NCBI GenBank assembly: GCA_964503885.1
Contig: CAZDCD010000010.1
Span: forward strand, 83,435 to 147,434
Source of the DNA: an uncultured Bacteroidales bacterium
GTDB lineage: Bacteria > Bacteroidota > Bacteroidia > Bacteroidales > UBA10428
Reading direction: 5' to 3'
Length of the DNA: 64,000 bases
Numbering within the stretch: the first letter of the stretch is position 1; each line of letters opens with the position of its first letter. The position numbers were made by a program, and so were the translations under genes. The notes under the pieces were generated by a model. That model was not told the origin of the DNA and ran no database searches. It saw only the letters and a list, made by a program, of their open reading frames with translations. Shown here one piece after another: positions 7,504-17,547 of the stretch.

Positions 7504-10011
7504 ATGAAAGTTACGGGAGCAAGATGTGAAATGCTTGTATTAGCAGTATTTGCTGTTATTCTTACTTTTTCGGCGTGCAAACGATCTACACAAGATTCTG
7601 ATGATTTAACGTTGAATAATCAAGGTTATTTTGAGACTCGAGGCCTGAATGTTATGGTATTCAATTCCTGGTATAACGGGTTATTCATTGATTCCAAAAT
7701 GAGTGGAATTGAGATCATCCACCATGAGATAAGAACAGCAACCAACGGTGATGTCAAGCTGAGTCCGACACCGGATCAATGGGATCCGGTTCCCGAGTTT
7801 ATTAACCGGGTGACCGACCCGGAAAAAAAGAGCATTGAAGCCTTTCTGAAATACCCGGCCTTTGGCATGAATTACTCGGTTAAGGTTGAATCGGTAAACG
7901 GTGGAATACGCATTAGCGTCTACCTGGAAAAGCCTCTTCCGGATCAACTTGTAGGAAAGGCAGGGTTTAACCTCGAGTTTTTACCCTCGGCTTTTTTTGA
8001 AAAGGGATACCTGATGGACAGTATAGGAGGTATCTTCCCGATTTATCCGGCGGGTGAGATGGAGGTCGATGGGCAAGGCAGGGTGGAGCCACTTCCAATG
8101 GCAAAGGGTAGAACCCTGGTCCTTGCCCCTGAAGATCCGTTAAACAGAATTACCATCCGGTCTGACGGGGATGAACTTTTACTGTATGACGGGCGTAACA
8201 AAGCGCAGAACGGCTGGTTCGTTTTAAGGAGCACCATTCCTTCGGGTAAGTCAGGCAAAGTAATTGAGTGGTATCTGACAGCCAATACCATAGATGACTG
8301 GCAAAGACCGGCCGTGGTGGCCTATTCACAGGTGGGGTATCATCCCGGCCAGAAAAAGCAGGCGGTGGTGGAACTCGATGTAAATACAAAGCCCTATGAG
8401 TTTGTCAGTCTTCTGAAAGTCAATCCTGACGGACAGTTTATCGAAAAACTCAAAGGCGATATGTCAGGCTGGGGCAGGTTTCTCAGGTACAACTATTATA
8501 TTTTTGACTTTTCAACCGTAAAAGATCCGGGATTGTATGTCATAGAATACAATAAGAAATTGACCGGAACCTTCAGGATTTCAAAAGATGTGTATAACGA
8601 TGCATGGTATCCTACCCTCGATGTGTTTTTTCCGGTGCAGATGGATCATATGTATGTTAAGGAAGCATACCGTGTTTGGCACGGTGCGGCACACCTCGAC
8701 GATGCGCTCCAGGCACCGGTTAACCATGTTCATTTTGATATGTATGCCCAGGGCCCTTCCACCGATACCTGGTTTAAACCCGGAGAGCATATTCCCGGAC
8801 TGAACAGGGGGGGATGGTTCGATGCGGGTGACTTTGATATCAGAACCCAGACTCAGTATGCAGTGGTTCTGAGCCTTGTTCAAACCTGGGAATTGTTCAG
8901 GCCGGAAAGGGATGAAACCACAATTGATCAACGACAAAAATATGTTAAAATTCATGTACCCGACGGCAAACCCGATATGCTTCAGCAGATTGAACATGGA
9001 ACCCTGGCCCTGATCGGGCAGTTCAGGTCGGTTGGTCATGCCATCAACGGCATCATAGCCTCCCGCCTTACCCAGTATACACTTCTCGGTGATGCTTCAA
9101 CGAGTACCGATAACATGATCTACAATCCCAATCTCGACAGCCTTGAAAACAACGGATTTACCAGTGGAAAATTCGACGACAGGTGGGCGTTTACCACAAA
9201 ATCAACACCCCTGGATTATGGGTCTGCAGCAGCTTTGGCGGCAGCAGGCAGGGTTCTGAAAGGATATAATGACCCACTTTCAAAAGAATGTCTCAAGACA
9301 GCAGAGAAGGTCTGGAACGATGAACATAGCCATGCGCCCGATCTCTTTATTCACGGAAATACTACAGGAGGAAAGCTTGAAGCTGAAGAACTGAAAGCTG
9401 CTGCAGAGCTCCTTATCAGCACACAAGATGAAAAATATGCTTCCAGAATTGAAGAGCTTTGGCCATACATTGAACAGAATTTCTTTCTCTGTGCCATACC
9501 AGCTGCCAAAGTAAAACCATTAATGAATGAATTTTATGCAAAAAGGCTCAGAGAACTTGTTGTCAGATATGCTGATACGTTACCACGCCTGTCAACCCGA
9601 AATCCATATGGTGTGCCCGTTACAACCGGTGGATGGGCTGGTAACGGATACGTGGTCTGGTTTGCGGTAACCAACTACTTTTTACATAGAGCTTTTCCCG
9701 ATATCATTGATCCGGAATATGTGTACAGGGGGCTCGATTATATTTACGGTTGCCACCCGGCATCGAATATTTCGTTTGTATCGGGTGTGGGAACCCATTC
9801 AAAAAAAATAGCCTACGGGTATAATCGTGCTGATTATTCCTTTATTGCAGGCGGAGTGGTTCCCGGTGTTCTGATTTTGCCTCCGGATTTTCCTGAAAAC
9901 AAAGAAGATTGGCCGTTCCTTTGGGGAGAAAATGAATATGTTGTAAGTCTTGCTGCTAATTATATTTTTCTCGTAAATGCAGTCCGCGAACTTTTGCAGG
10001 AAAATAAATGA
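7504..10011 (+). CDS. Glycoside hydrolase family 9 with N-terminal extension and Ig-like (CelD_N-type) domain; lipoprotein
   Basis: ATG at 7504 gives MKVTGARCEMLVLAVFAVILTFSAC (lipobox). VVAYSQVGYHPGQKKQAVV is Ig-like, GGWFDAGDFDIRTQTQ is the GH9 DAGD block, and GENEYVVSLAANYIF is a GH9 C-terminal block. Confidence 0.6.
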   Translation: MKVTGARCEMLVLAVFAVILTFSACKRSTQDSDDLTLNNQGYFETRGLNVMVFNSWYNGLFIDSKMSGIEIIHHEIRTATNGDVKLSPTPDQWDPVPEFINRVTDPEKKSIEAFLKYPAFGMNYSVKVESVNGGIRISVYLEKPLPDQLVGKAGFNLEFLPSAFFEKGYLMDSIGGIFPIYPAGEMEVDGQGRVEPLPMAKGRTLVLAPEDPLNRITIRSDGDELLLYDGRNKAQNGWFVLRSTIPSGKSGKVIEWYLTANTIDDWQRPAVVAYSQVGYHPGQKKQAVVELDVNTKPYEFVSLLKVNPDGQFIEKLKGDMSGWGRFLRYNYYIFDFSTVKDPGLYVIEYNKKLTGTFRISKDVYNDAWYPTLDVFFPVQMDHMYVKEAYRVWHGAAHLDDALQAPVNHVHFDMYAQGPSTDTWFKPGEHIPGLNRGGWFDAGDFDIRTQTQYAVVLSLVQTWELFRPERDETTIDQRQKYVKIHVPDGKPDMLQQIEHGTLALIGQFRSVGHAINGIIASRLTQYTLLGDASTSTDNMIYNPNLDSLENNGFTSGKFDDRWAFTTKSTPLDYGSAAALAAAGRVLKGYNDPLSKECLKTAEKVWNDEHSHAPDLFIHGNTTGGKLEAEELKAAAELLISTQDEKYASRIEELWPYIEQNFFLCAIPAAKVKPLMNEFYAKRLRELVVRYADTLPRLSTRNPYGVPVTTGGWAGNGYVVWFAVTNYFLHRAFPDIIDPEYVYRGLDYIYGCHPASNISFVSGVGTHSKKIAYGYNRADYSFIAGGVVPGVLILPPDFPENKEDWPFLWGENEYVVSLAANYIFLVNAVRELLQENK

Positions 10012-10146
10012 CAACACTTCCGGCCGTGGGAGAAAGTCGTAAGAAAAAATTCGTGACTTTATGTATGTTTAGCATAAAAACTCTTGTGGCGACCCTTTTT
10101 TTTACTACCGGCTACACTAAAGGCTCACTACGATACGGTTTTTTAT

Positions 10147-10589
10147 AACCTCATTCTCGCAGGGTTCTACCCCGATCCCGGCATTTGCAAAACCGGGATG
10201 GATTATTACCTGTGATTCAACCTTACCGGTCGGTTCCACAAACGGATTCTACCCATACAGGTACGACGCTGATAGCTGTTCGTGAACTCGACACATCCAG
10301 AGCAGGCATTTATCTGTATCTTAAGATTGAGGCTTATGGCAATACCTATTCATTTCAGTATGCCTATGATGCTGCAGCGTGGATCGTTCCTGAAGACAAC
10401 GTTGATGCAACATTTCTCAGCACTACAGTTGCAGGCGGATTTGTAGGATGCATCTATGCCATGTATGCTACCTCACTTGACAACCAGAGCAGCAACCGGG
10501 CACAGTTCAACTGGTTTGAATATATAAGAGTGATGATGAAGTATATAAAACCGGTGCAACACTGCCGTAACGCTGCTAGATATCAATAA
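10147..10589 (+). pseudogene. GH43-type beta-xylosidase/arabinofuranosidase relic: N-terminal 22 aa joined out of frame to the C-terminal beta-sandwich
   Basis: NLILAGFYPDPGICKTGMDYYL (10147-10212) then TGA. A different frame gives ...GIYLYLKIEAYGNTYSFQYAYDAAAWIVPEDNVDATFLSTTVAGGFVGCIYAMYATS...AQFNWFEYI, the GH43 XynB-like C-terminal domain. The catalytic propeller is absent. Confidence 0.65.
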
Positions 10590-11005
10590 TAATCATCGAT
10601 GATCTCCCGGTTTTCAATCAGGTCACGAAGTGTAATGGATTTCAGGTAATCGATGATGAGGTTGTTAAGTTTGCTCCAGAAACCACGGGCCACACATCCT
10701 TCCTCACGCTTACAGGTGTTGGTTTTTCTCAGGCATTCAATGACACATATTCCGGGTTCGAAAGCATTGTTAATATCGTATACTGAGATCTCGGAAGGGT
10801 TGCGCATAAGAACATATCCCCCTTTTTTTCCTTTCTTGGCGATCAATTCCGCAACTTTAAGGCCGTGTATAATATGGTCGAGGTATTTATTGGATATTTC
10901 CTGGTTCTGGGCAATATCTTTCTGAAACATACCCTTCTCTGATGGATTGGAAGCAATCTCAAGCATTGCCCGTAAGCCGTACCTGGTTTTAGTGCTGAAT
11001 TTCAA
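10583..11005 (-). CDS. Rrf2-family transcriptional regulator (IscR/NsrR-like, cysteine-containing)
   Basis: A TTG start gives MKFSTKTRYGLRAMLEIA, the canonical Rrf2 N-terminus with wHTH. A cysteine cluster, CVIECLRKTNTCKREEGC, follows. Confidence 0.8.
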   Translation of the reverse strand: MKFSTKTRYGLRAMLEIASNPSEKGMFQKDIAQNQEISNKYLDHIIHGLKVAELIAKKGKKGGYVLMRNPSEISVYDINNAFEPGICVIECLRKTNTCKREEGCVARGFWSKLNNLIIDYLKSITLRDLIENREIIDDYY

Positions 11006-11016
11006 GGCAAACCGAA

Positions 11017-11646
11017 TTAAGAATTATTCTGAAATGAGAATACAAAGCCAAAATTAATGATTACTTCATCTTTCACTTTAATCAGGCCCTGAAATTTTTC
11101 AGGAGGGTCAAGATTAAAATCCGACAGCCGGATACCCCGGATTCCTGTTACATAGACTTCCCTGCCGGTGCACGATGAGACAAAACAGGGCACCCTATAG
11201 GTGCGGGAAACGCCGGCAATAGTGATCCTGATCTGAGGAACGGCACTGGATGATATTCCAGTAAGAAAATCATTCAGTTGCGGATAAGAAATGCCGATAA
11301 TGATCCTCGGGTATTCTTCAGCCTTTAATAAGGTCAAAAAATCGTGGTAAATCAGTTGATTGTCGCTTCGGAAATTTCTTACGGGAATGGGGATTTCAAA
11401 AATCGATTCATTCTCGTCGACTATATTGAACTTATTTTCAACAACAAATTTTACCGGCCTGGAGAATTCGAAATCGAACTGAAACCGGTTTACATTGGTA
11501 TTTCCTGAAATATTGATATAATTATCACATACAGCGGTATTGGAATTTGATGCCAGCAATTTTTGCTGTCCGAATAGCTGAAAGGGATTTAAAAGAATTA
11601 AAACGAAAAAGACATCTCTATAATATGTTATCATCCTGGGTAACAT
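11017..11646 (-). CDS. Secreted YceI-like paralogue (divergent)
   Basis: ATG at 11646 and signal FFVLILLNPFQLFGQ. It aligns by eye to the 13032-13616 product: ISGNTNVNRF vs IGGTSNLHDW, EEYPRIIIGI vs DKYPVIRFSL, ITIAGVSRTY vs LTLAGSTKKI, and LSDFNLDPP...VKDEVIINF vs MTEFGIKPP...TGDEVTINF. Confidence 0.45.
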   Translation of the reverse strand: MLPRMITYYRDVFFVLILLNPFQLFGQQKLLASNSNTAVCDNYINISGNTNVNRFQFDFEFSRPVKFVVENKFNIVDENESIFEIPIPVRNFRSDNQLIYHDFLTLLKAEEYPRIIIGISYPQLNDFLTGISSSAVPQIRITIAGVSRTYRVPCFVSSCTGREVYVTGIRGIRLSDFNLDPPEKFQGLIKVKDEVIINFGFVFSFQNNS

Positions 11647-11737
11647 CTTTTTGCGAATAATCAATTGCGATCATAGTTTCCTTAATTGAATGCTGCCATA
11701 CCTCAGATGAGGATATGGCAGCAATGAACTGGCAAGG

Positions 11738-12979
11738 TCAAAATGATACCCCTGCTTCTACCATGAATCCGTTGAATCCCGCATCTGCACCATAATCAGA
11801 AATAAAATCGGTATAATTCTGATTGACATATTCAACTTTCAATACGGTTGATTCAAGTATGTGCCAGCCGGCGGAAACCTGGATCCTGTCTACAGAACGG
11901 TCACCAGGTACAGATGTATCGGTATCGCCCTTTACAAGGTCGTACCGTAAACCTCCGTAAAATTGTCTTTGTCCGCCAAACCTGTATAATCCTTCGGCTG
12001 CGATCTGGCTGAATTTATATTCGGTACCTGAAGCATACAACCCTTTGGCAGCTTCGTAGGTACCGAAAACTTCAAGTCCTTTTACCTGAGCGAATAGGTT
12101 TAACATCAACGAATTATCTTTATTGGTAATTCCGGGGCTCCATCTTCCCGTAGTGTGGTTGCTCTTAATGTCGACATCGGAAGCTGAGAACGTTTCCGGT
12201 TTCATGACCAGGTAATATCTCGATCCTGTTCTGTCGCCATAATACAATGTGCTGTTATGATTTTTTTTCGGTACATGGTAACCCGACACTGTAAATCTTG
12301 CCCTCATATCTTCACCAAATTCCTTGTCAAAACCAAGTTTCCAGTATACACCAAGCTCTTTGACGGCATTATATGTTCTGTATGAGGCACCGCTTAGACT
12401 GGTAAGGTCCTGCCTGAGGCTACCGGTTGTAGTTCCTATCATGGCAAGTAAACCCTTGTTACGAAACATGACTTCGAGAGCCGGAGCAGTAGTAAATGCG
12501 TCCATAATATAGTTGCCTACAAATGGATTATGGGTCACACTCCCGTTGTCTGATCTCCTGAAATGAGCATCTCCATAGTTAAGTTCCATATCTCCCACGG
12601 TAATGGTCAGGTAATCCATGACCTTATCGACTCCGGGAGATTTGATGAAAGGCAGTTCATCAAACACAATATAGCCTCCTTTTACCCAGGCTTCGTTATG
12701 ATGACGTGATGAGAGATACGTTACAAGATTTAGTCTGACACCCTTTGCCAGTTCGGCATTGAGGTTCAAATTGGCAGTGGGAAGGTTAAAACCTTTACCT
12801 AACGGAATGAGTGCGCTGTCGGCTTCATGATCTAATGCCTGGTATTGAATGGCAAAATCACCTCCAACTTTTACATTAACCTTGTCGAATTCATCACCGT
12901 TGTCCTGAGGTGGTTCGAACTGTCCAAATGTCATAACAGAAATTGCAATCGTGTAAATTATTAAAAATTCCTTTTTCAT
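11738..12979 (-). CDS. Outer-membrane beta-barrel porin-like protein
   Basis: 413 aa with signal MKKEFLIIYTIAISVMTFGQ, alternating beta-strand pattern, aromatic girdle residues and a C-terminal ...VEAGVSF ending in Phe. Confidence 0.5.
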   Translation of the reverse strand: MKKEFLIIYTIAISVMTFGQFEPPQDNGDEFDKVNVKVGGDFAIQYQALDHEADSALIPLGKGFNLPTANLNLNAELAKGVRLNLVTYLSSRHHNEAWVKGGYIVFDELPFIKSPGVDKVMDYLTITVGDMELNYGDAHFRRSDNGSVTHNPFVGNYIMDAFTTAPALEVMFRNKGLLAMIGTTTGSLRQDLTSLSGASYRTYNAVKELGVYWKLGFDKEFGEDMRARFTVSGYHVPKKNHNSTLYYGDRTGSRYYLVMKPETFSASDVDIKSNHTTGRWSPGITNKDNSLMLNLFAQVKGLEVFGTYEAAKGLYASGTEYKFSQIAAEGLYRFGGQRQFYGGLRYDLVKGDTDTSVPGDRSVDRIQVSAGWHILESTVLKVEYVNQNYTDFISDYGADAGFNGFMVEAGVSF

Positions 12980-13031
12980 ACTTTAAGTTTTTATATTCAT
13001 ATTCTTGTTCTGTTCATTCTGTGCATACCTG

Positions 13032-13616
13032 CTAAAGTTGCTTTAGATTTACGGTGAAATTGATCGTAACCTCATCACCAGTTTTAAGTGCTCCCAGCAT
13101 GGCAGTTGGAGGTTTGATCCCAAATTCAGTCATGTTTATTTTTTTTGTTCCTGTAATGATAATCCTGTCTTTTCCCGTGACTTTTCCTGAATAGGGAATA
13201 CTTATTTTTTTGGTACTTCCTGCAAGGGTAAGCTCGCCTGAAGCCGTTCCGCTGAATGCTCCTCCCTGAATAGGAATTTTGTCTGCAGAAGTCAGACTGA
13301 ACCGGATAACCGGATATTTGTCCGTTTTAAGGGCATCGTGTGCCTTATTGTCCATAATGGAATTATCGCTTAATATGCTCGATGATTCTCCGATGAAGGA
13401 TACACTGCTTATTGTTACCGATGGATTTCCCACAGTAATGTCTGCATCACATTTGAATTTTTTCATGTTCATCTCCCAATCGTGTAAATTTGAAGTGCCC
13501 CCGATCGATAATATGCTGCTCTCAGGTATAACCCTGAAGCTCTCTTGTGCCTTCAGATTCCAGATACCTGCTATGAGCAGAATCTGGATGAAAATCGTAT
13601 ATTTTATTTCTTTCAT
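13032..13616 (-). CDS. YceI-family periplasmic lipid/polyisoprenoid-binding-like protein
   Basis: 194 aa with a signal peptide. GGTSNLHDWEM and the DKYPVIRF blocks are typical of the YceI family. Confidence 0.65.
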   Translation of the reverse strand: MKEIKYTIFIQILLIAGIWNLKAQESFRVIPESSILSIGGTSNLHDWEMNMKKFKCDADITVGNPSVTISSVSFIGESSSILSDNSIMDNKAHDALKTDKYPVIRFSLTSADKIPIQGGAFSGTASGELTLAGSTKKISIPYSGKVTGKDRIIITGTKKINMTEFGIKPPTAMLGALKTGDEVTINFTVNLKQL

Positions 13617-13679
13617 AATTAGTACTATTAATCCTATAGAAATAGTAGCGTAAAATTAGCAAAAAGGTTCAAAATATCT

Positions 13680-13697
13680 ATATGTTATATAACATAT
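13680..13697. promoter_or_regulatory. Perfect 18-bp palindrome ATATGTTATATAACATAT, candidate operator upstream of the YceI-porin-Rrf2 operon
   Basis: All 9 pairs are complementary. It lies 64 nt upstream of the 13616 start. The half-site ATATGTT recurs at 13706-13712. Confidence 0.35.
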
Positions 13698-13878
13698 TTC
13701 AGCTTAATATGTTCGCTATTAATTTATTAGATTGTTGCAGAAATGTTGCTTTTTTGTACGTGTTTTCGGATGATAACCGTTGTATAGATTTAACTGCATG
13801 AAAGTTTATGGTGAACAGACTAATCCTAACGGCAAAAAGTTATATTTTTGATCATTGAAAACCCTTTAGTTTCTTATT

Positions 13879-15642
13879 ATGAAAAACAGAAACCTATTCG
13901 TTCTCATTGCGTTGATCCTGTGGGGACCTGTTGCATATTTGAACTCACAATCGTTGCCTGTGGAACAACATCAGGCCGTTATTACAGGTAAATATTCGAT
14001 TCCCGAATGTCCCGGGTGGTTGGATAATGCCGTATTCTATCAGATTTATCCGCAGACTTTTTACGATAGTGATGGTGACGGAACCGGTGATTTGAACGGG
14101 ATCATTCAAAAACTGGATTATGTAAAAAGTCTTGGTGTCGATGGCATATGGATCAATCCTTTTTTTGAGTCGCCTTTTCATGATGCCGGGTATGATATTT
14201 CTGATTATTACAAAGTTGCACCAAGATACGGGACTAATGAAGATGCTCGCATGTTGTTTGAGGAGGCTGGAAAAAAGGGACTAAAAATTATTTTTGATTA
14301 TGTGATCAGCTATACAAGCATTGATCATGAATGGTTCAGGGAGTCAGCAAAACAGGAAAAAAACAAGTATTCGAACTGGTACATATGGACTGACAATACC
14401 TGGATCAATCCTCCGGATGCTTATAAAGATGCCTTCATAAAAGGATACAGCCGGCGTAATGGCCAGTTCATGAGGAACTTCTACTGGAGCCAGCCGGCAT
14501 TGAATTTCGGCTTTGCCAAACCCGAAGAGGAATGGATGCTTCCGGTCGATCATCCCGATGTGCTGGCATTGCAGGAAGAACTTAAAAAAATGCTGAGGTT
14601 CTGGATGGATATGGGAGCCAGCGGATTCCGTGCTGATATGGCCGGGGCACTGGTCAAGAATGCAAATATTCAGGGTAACGAACAGTTTTACAGTACCCGT
14701 GATGAGGGCACAAAGAAGTGGTGGAATAATATCCGCCAGATCATGGATGATGAATACCCGGGCTCCTTTATGGTGGCTGAGTGGTCGCACCCCGAATCGG
14801 CGCTTAACGGGGGAGGGTTTCATGCTGATTTTTACCATTGGTTTCCGGGATATAACGATCTTCTTCAGAAAGAAAGCTGGCGCATCCTTAACGGATACTC
14901 CGAAGGGCACAGTTTTTTCGACAGCGAAGGTAAGGGAAACATTAAAGGTTTCCTGGACAAGTACATGGAACAATACATAAAAACAAGGGATAAAGGGTAT
15001 ATTCTTCTTCCTCTTGGCAATCACGATCTTTCCCGGTTAAATATCGAAAGGTCACAGCATGAACTTGAAATGATTTTTGCATTTTCAATGGCCATGCCCG
15101 GAATTCCTTTTATCTATTACGGCAACGAACTAGGAATGCGGCAGCTTTATGGAATGCCATACGTGGAGGGAGCATACAGGCCGAGGGCAGGAGCGCGCAC
15201 ACCCATGCAATGGTCTGCAGGAAAGAACCTGGGTTTTTCAGATTCTGACCCGGCATTGCTCTACCTTCCTGTTGATAAGGCGCAGGATGCGCCCAATGTG
15301 GCGGAGGAAGAGAAAGATCCGAATTCCTTGCTGAACAGCGTGAAAGGACTTATACAGCTCAAAAAAACCGAACCGGCACTGGCCGCATACGCCGAATTTG
15401 TCCCGGTATTTGCCCTGGAAAATACATATCCCTTCATATTTGCCAGAGCAGCCGGCGAGGAGACGATTATCGCTTTTTTTAATCCATCCGGCATGGAACA
15501 GAAAGCTACTTTCAGCTTAAACCTTTCGGCAAAGCAGTTTGAGCTGCTGGCCGGTGATCCGATAAGGATAGATTACAAGAGTAACATGTATTCTGTTGTG
15601 ATGCCGGGAATTACATATGCTTTATTTAAAATGAAGTACTAA
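13879..15642 (+). CDS. GH13 alpha-amylase-family enzyme (alpha-glucosidase/oligo-1,6-glucosidase-like), secreted
   Basis: DGIWINPFFESPFHDAGYDISDYYKV, GFRADMAG (nucleophile region), MVAEW and GNHD are the four GH13 conserved regions. Confidence 0.8.
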   Translation: MKNRNLFVLIALILWGPVAYLNSQSLPVEQHQAVITGKYSIPECPGWLDNAVFYQIYPQTFYDSDGDGTGDLNGIIQKLDYVKSLGVDGIWINPFFESPFHDAGYDISDYYKVAPRYGTNEDARMLFEEAGKKGLKIIFDYVISYTSIDHEWFRESAKQEKNKYSNWYIWTDNTWINPPDAYKDAFIKGYSRRNGQFMRNFYWSQPALNFGFAKPEEEWMLPVDHPDVLALQEELKKMLRFWMDMGASGFRADMAGALVKNANIQGNEQFYSTRDEGTKKWWNNIRQIMDDEYPGSFMVAEWSHPESALNGGGFHADFYHWFPGYNDLLQKESWRILNGYSEGHSFFDSEGKGNIKGFLDKYMEQYIKTRDKGYILLPLGNHDLSRLNIERSQHELEMIFAFSMAMPGIPFIYYGNELGMRQLYGMPYVEGAYRPRAGARTPMQWSAGKNLGFSDSDPALLYLPVDKAQDAPNVAEEEKDPNSLLNSVKGLIQLKKTEPALAAYAEFVPVFALENTYPFIFARAAGEETIIAFFNPSGMEQKATFSLNLSAKQFELLAGDPIRIDYKSNMYSVVMPGITYALFKMKY

Positions 15643-15708
15643 ACCACAACAACAGGATCATAATCCATACACTTTGAAACCCTGTTGTAATATAATAATG
15701 TACAGTAT

Positions 15709-17547
15709 ATGCCAAAAAACCTTGCTTTTTTTCTGGCTTTAATCTGGCTGAACGTCCTATTTTCTGATACTTTTAGCCAGGAACCGCTTATGATCAATAC
15801 ATCAGCCAGAAAGATTACTTTTTTGGACGGCAAATGGCATTACATTGTCGATCCGTATGAGAACGGATATTACAATTACCGTTACGAGCCTTTTGACGAG
15901 ATGGAAGATCCTTCAAACGGCGGATATTATGTCAATAAAAAACCAGCCGATAAAACCGACCTGGTGGAATATAATTTTGATGAAGCACCCGTGCTGAATG
16001 TTCCGGGAGACTGGAATACCCAGGATGATAGGTTGTTCTATTACGAGGGGAGCATCTGGTACAAGAGATCCTTCGATTATGCTAAGGCTGATATAAAAGA
16101 CCGGGTCTTCCTTTATTTTGGTGCTGTTAACTACCAGGCCGACGTGTATATGAACGGAATAAAGCTCGGTCAGCATACAGGAGGGTTTACTCCCTTTGAT
16201 TTTGAGATCACCGGTATTCTTCGTCCGGGTGAAAATTTTGTGATCATTAAAGTCGACAATACCAGAAAAAAAGAAGGCGTACCTACCCTGAATACCGACT
16301 GGTGGAATTATGGCGGAATTACCCGTGAAGTGAAGGTTGTTGAAGTGCCCCCTACCTTTATCCGCGATTATTTTATTCATCTGAAAAATAGTGACTTAAT
16401 GACTGTTGCAGGATATGTAACCCTTGATGGCAAGCGCTGCAATTCAAAACGCGTCACTATCGTGATCAGGGGTACCGGTATAACAGCTACTATAATTACC
16501 GATAAAAACGGTTATGCCCCGTTTGAGATAGAGGCGAAAGGACTGCATCTGTGGTCTCCCGATGCTCCTGTGCTGTATGATGTAGATTTCATTGCAACCG
16601 GCGATACTGTAGCGGACAGGATAGGCCTCAGGACCATAAAAACCAGGGAAACCGATATTCTGCTTAACGGAAAACCAATCTTTCTCAGAGGAATATCCAT
16701 CCATGAAGAGAATCCCCTCAGGGGTAACAGGGCATACTCCGAAGCCGATGCAAGGTTACTCCTTGGCTGGGTAAAGGAGCTGAACGGTAATTTTGCCCGT
16801 CTAGCACATTATCCGCATAACGAAAATATGGCAAAAGTGGCCGATGAAATGGGAGTATTATTGTGGGAGGAGATTCCTGTTTACTGGACAATTGACTGGG
16901 AGAATACTGCCACCTTTAAAAACGCCAGGAGGCAACTTACGGATATGATTACACGCGATAAAAACAGGGCATCGGTAATCATCTGGAGTGTGGGCAACGA
17001 AACACCTGTGCAGGAGATGCGTACTCGTTTTATGGCCACACTGATCAGCGAGGCAAGAAACCTCGACAGTTCCAGGCTTATCAGTGCTGCGCTCGAACAG
17101 CACGGACTTGAAAATAACAACAACATCAGGGTAATTACTGATCCTTTAGCTAGTTACGTAGACATTCTCAGCTTTAACGAGTATATTGGCTGGTACGATG
17201 GCCTGCCCGGGAAATGCGATGAAATTACCTGGAAGATCAATCAGCAGAAACCGGTGATCATCTCGGAATTCGGAGCAGGCGCCTTGCTGGGATTCCATGG
17301 TGACAGCCTGACCCGTTGGTCGGAAGAGTACCAGGAGTATATGTACAGAAAATCGATCGATATGCTGGTGAAAATTCCTCAACTCAGGGGCATGACGCCC
17401 TGGATCCTGGCTGATTTCCGTTCCCCCAGACGCCCGCTACCCGGGATCCAGGACGGTTGGAACAGAAAGGGCTTAATTGCTGCTCCGTCGGGATCGAAAA
17501 AGAAAGCGTTCTATGTGTTACAGAAGTTTTATAAAAGTCTTGAATAA
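15709..17547 (+). CDS. GH2 glycosidase (beta-glucuronidase/beta-galactosidase-like), secreted
   Basis: 612 aa. Sugar-binding, Ig-like and TIM-barrel order, with NYGGITREVKV, WSVGNE (acid/base) and VIISEFGAG (nucleophile). Confidence 0.75.
   Translation: MPKNLAFFLALIWLNVLFSDTFSQEPLMINTSARKITFLDGKWHYIVDPYENGYYNYRYEPFDEMEDPSNGGYYVNKKPADKTDLVEYNFDEAPVLNVPGDWNTQDDRLFYYEGSIWYKRSFDYAKADIKDRVFLYFGAVNYQADVYMNGIKLGQHTGGFTPFDFEITGILRPGENFVIIKVDNTRKKEGVPTLNTDWWNYGGITREVKVVEVPPTFIRDYFIHLKNSDLMTVAGYVTLDGKRCNSKRVTIVIRGTGITATIITDKNGYAPFEIEAKGLHLWSPDAPVLYDVDFIATGDTVADRIGLRTIKTRETDILLNGKPIFLRGISIHEENPLRGNRAYSEADARLLLGWVKELNGNFARLAHYPHNENMAKVADEMGVLLWEEIPVYWTIDWENTATFKNARRQLTDMITRDKNRASVIIWSVGNETPVQEMRTRFMATLISEARNLDSSRLISAALEQHGLENNNNIRVITDPLASYVDILSFNEYIGWYDGLPGKCDEITWKINQQKPVIISEFGAGALLGFHGDSLTRWSEEYQEYMYRKSIDMLVKIPQLRGMTPWILADFRSPRRPLPGIQDGWNRKGLIAAPSGSKKKAFYVLQKFYKSLE

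Noticed and set aside
14344-15024. 226-aa minus-strand ORF inside the GH13 gene, and similar antisense ORFs inside GH115, GH9, GH2, the TonB-dependent receptor, the giant gene and purL
   Set aside because: Each lies wholly within a gene with strong family motifs on the other strand. None shows a motif, signal peptide or plausible start context.
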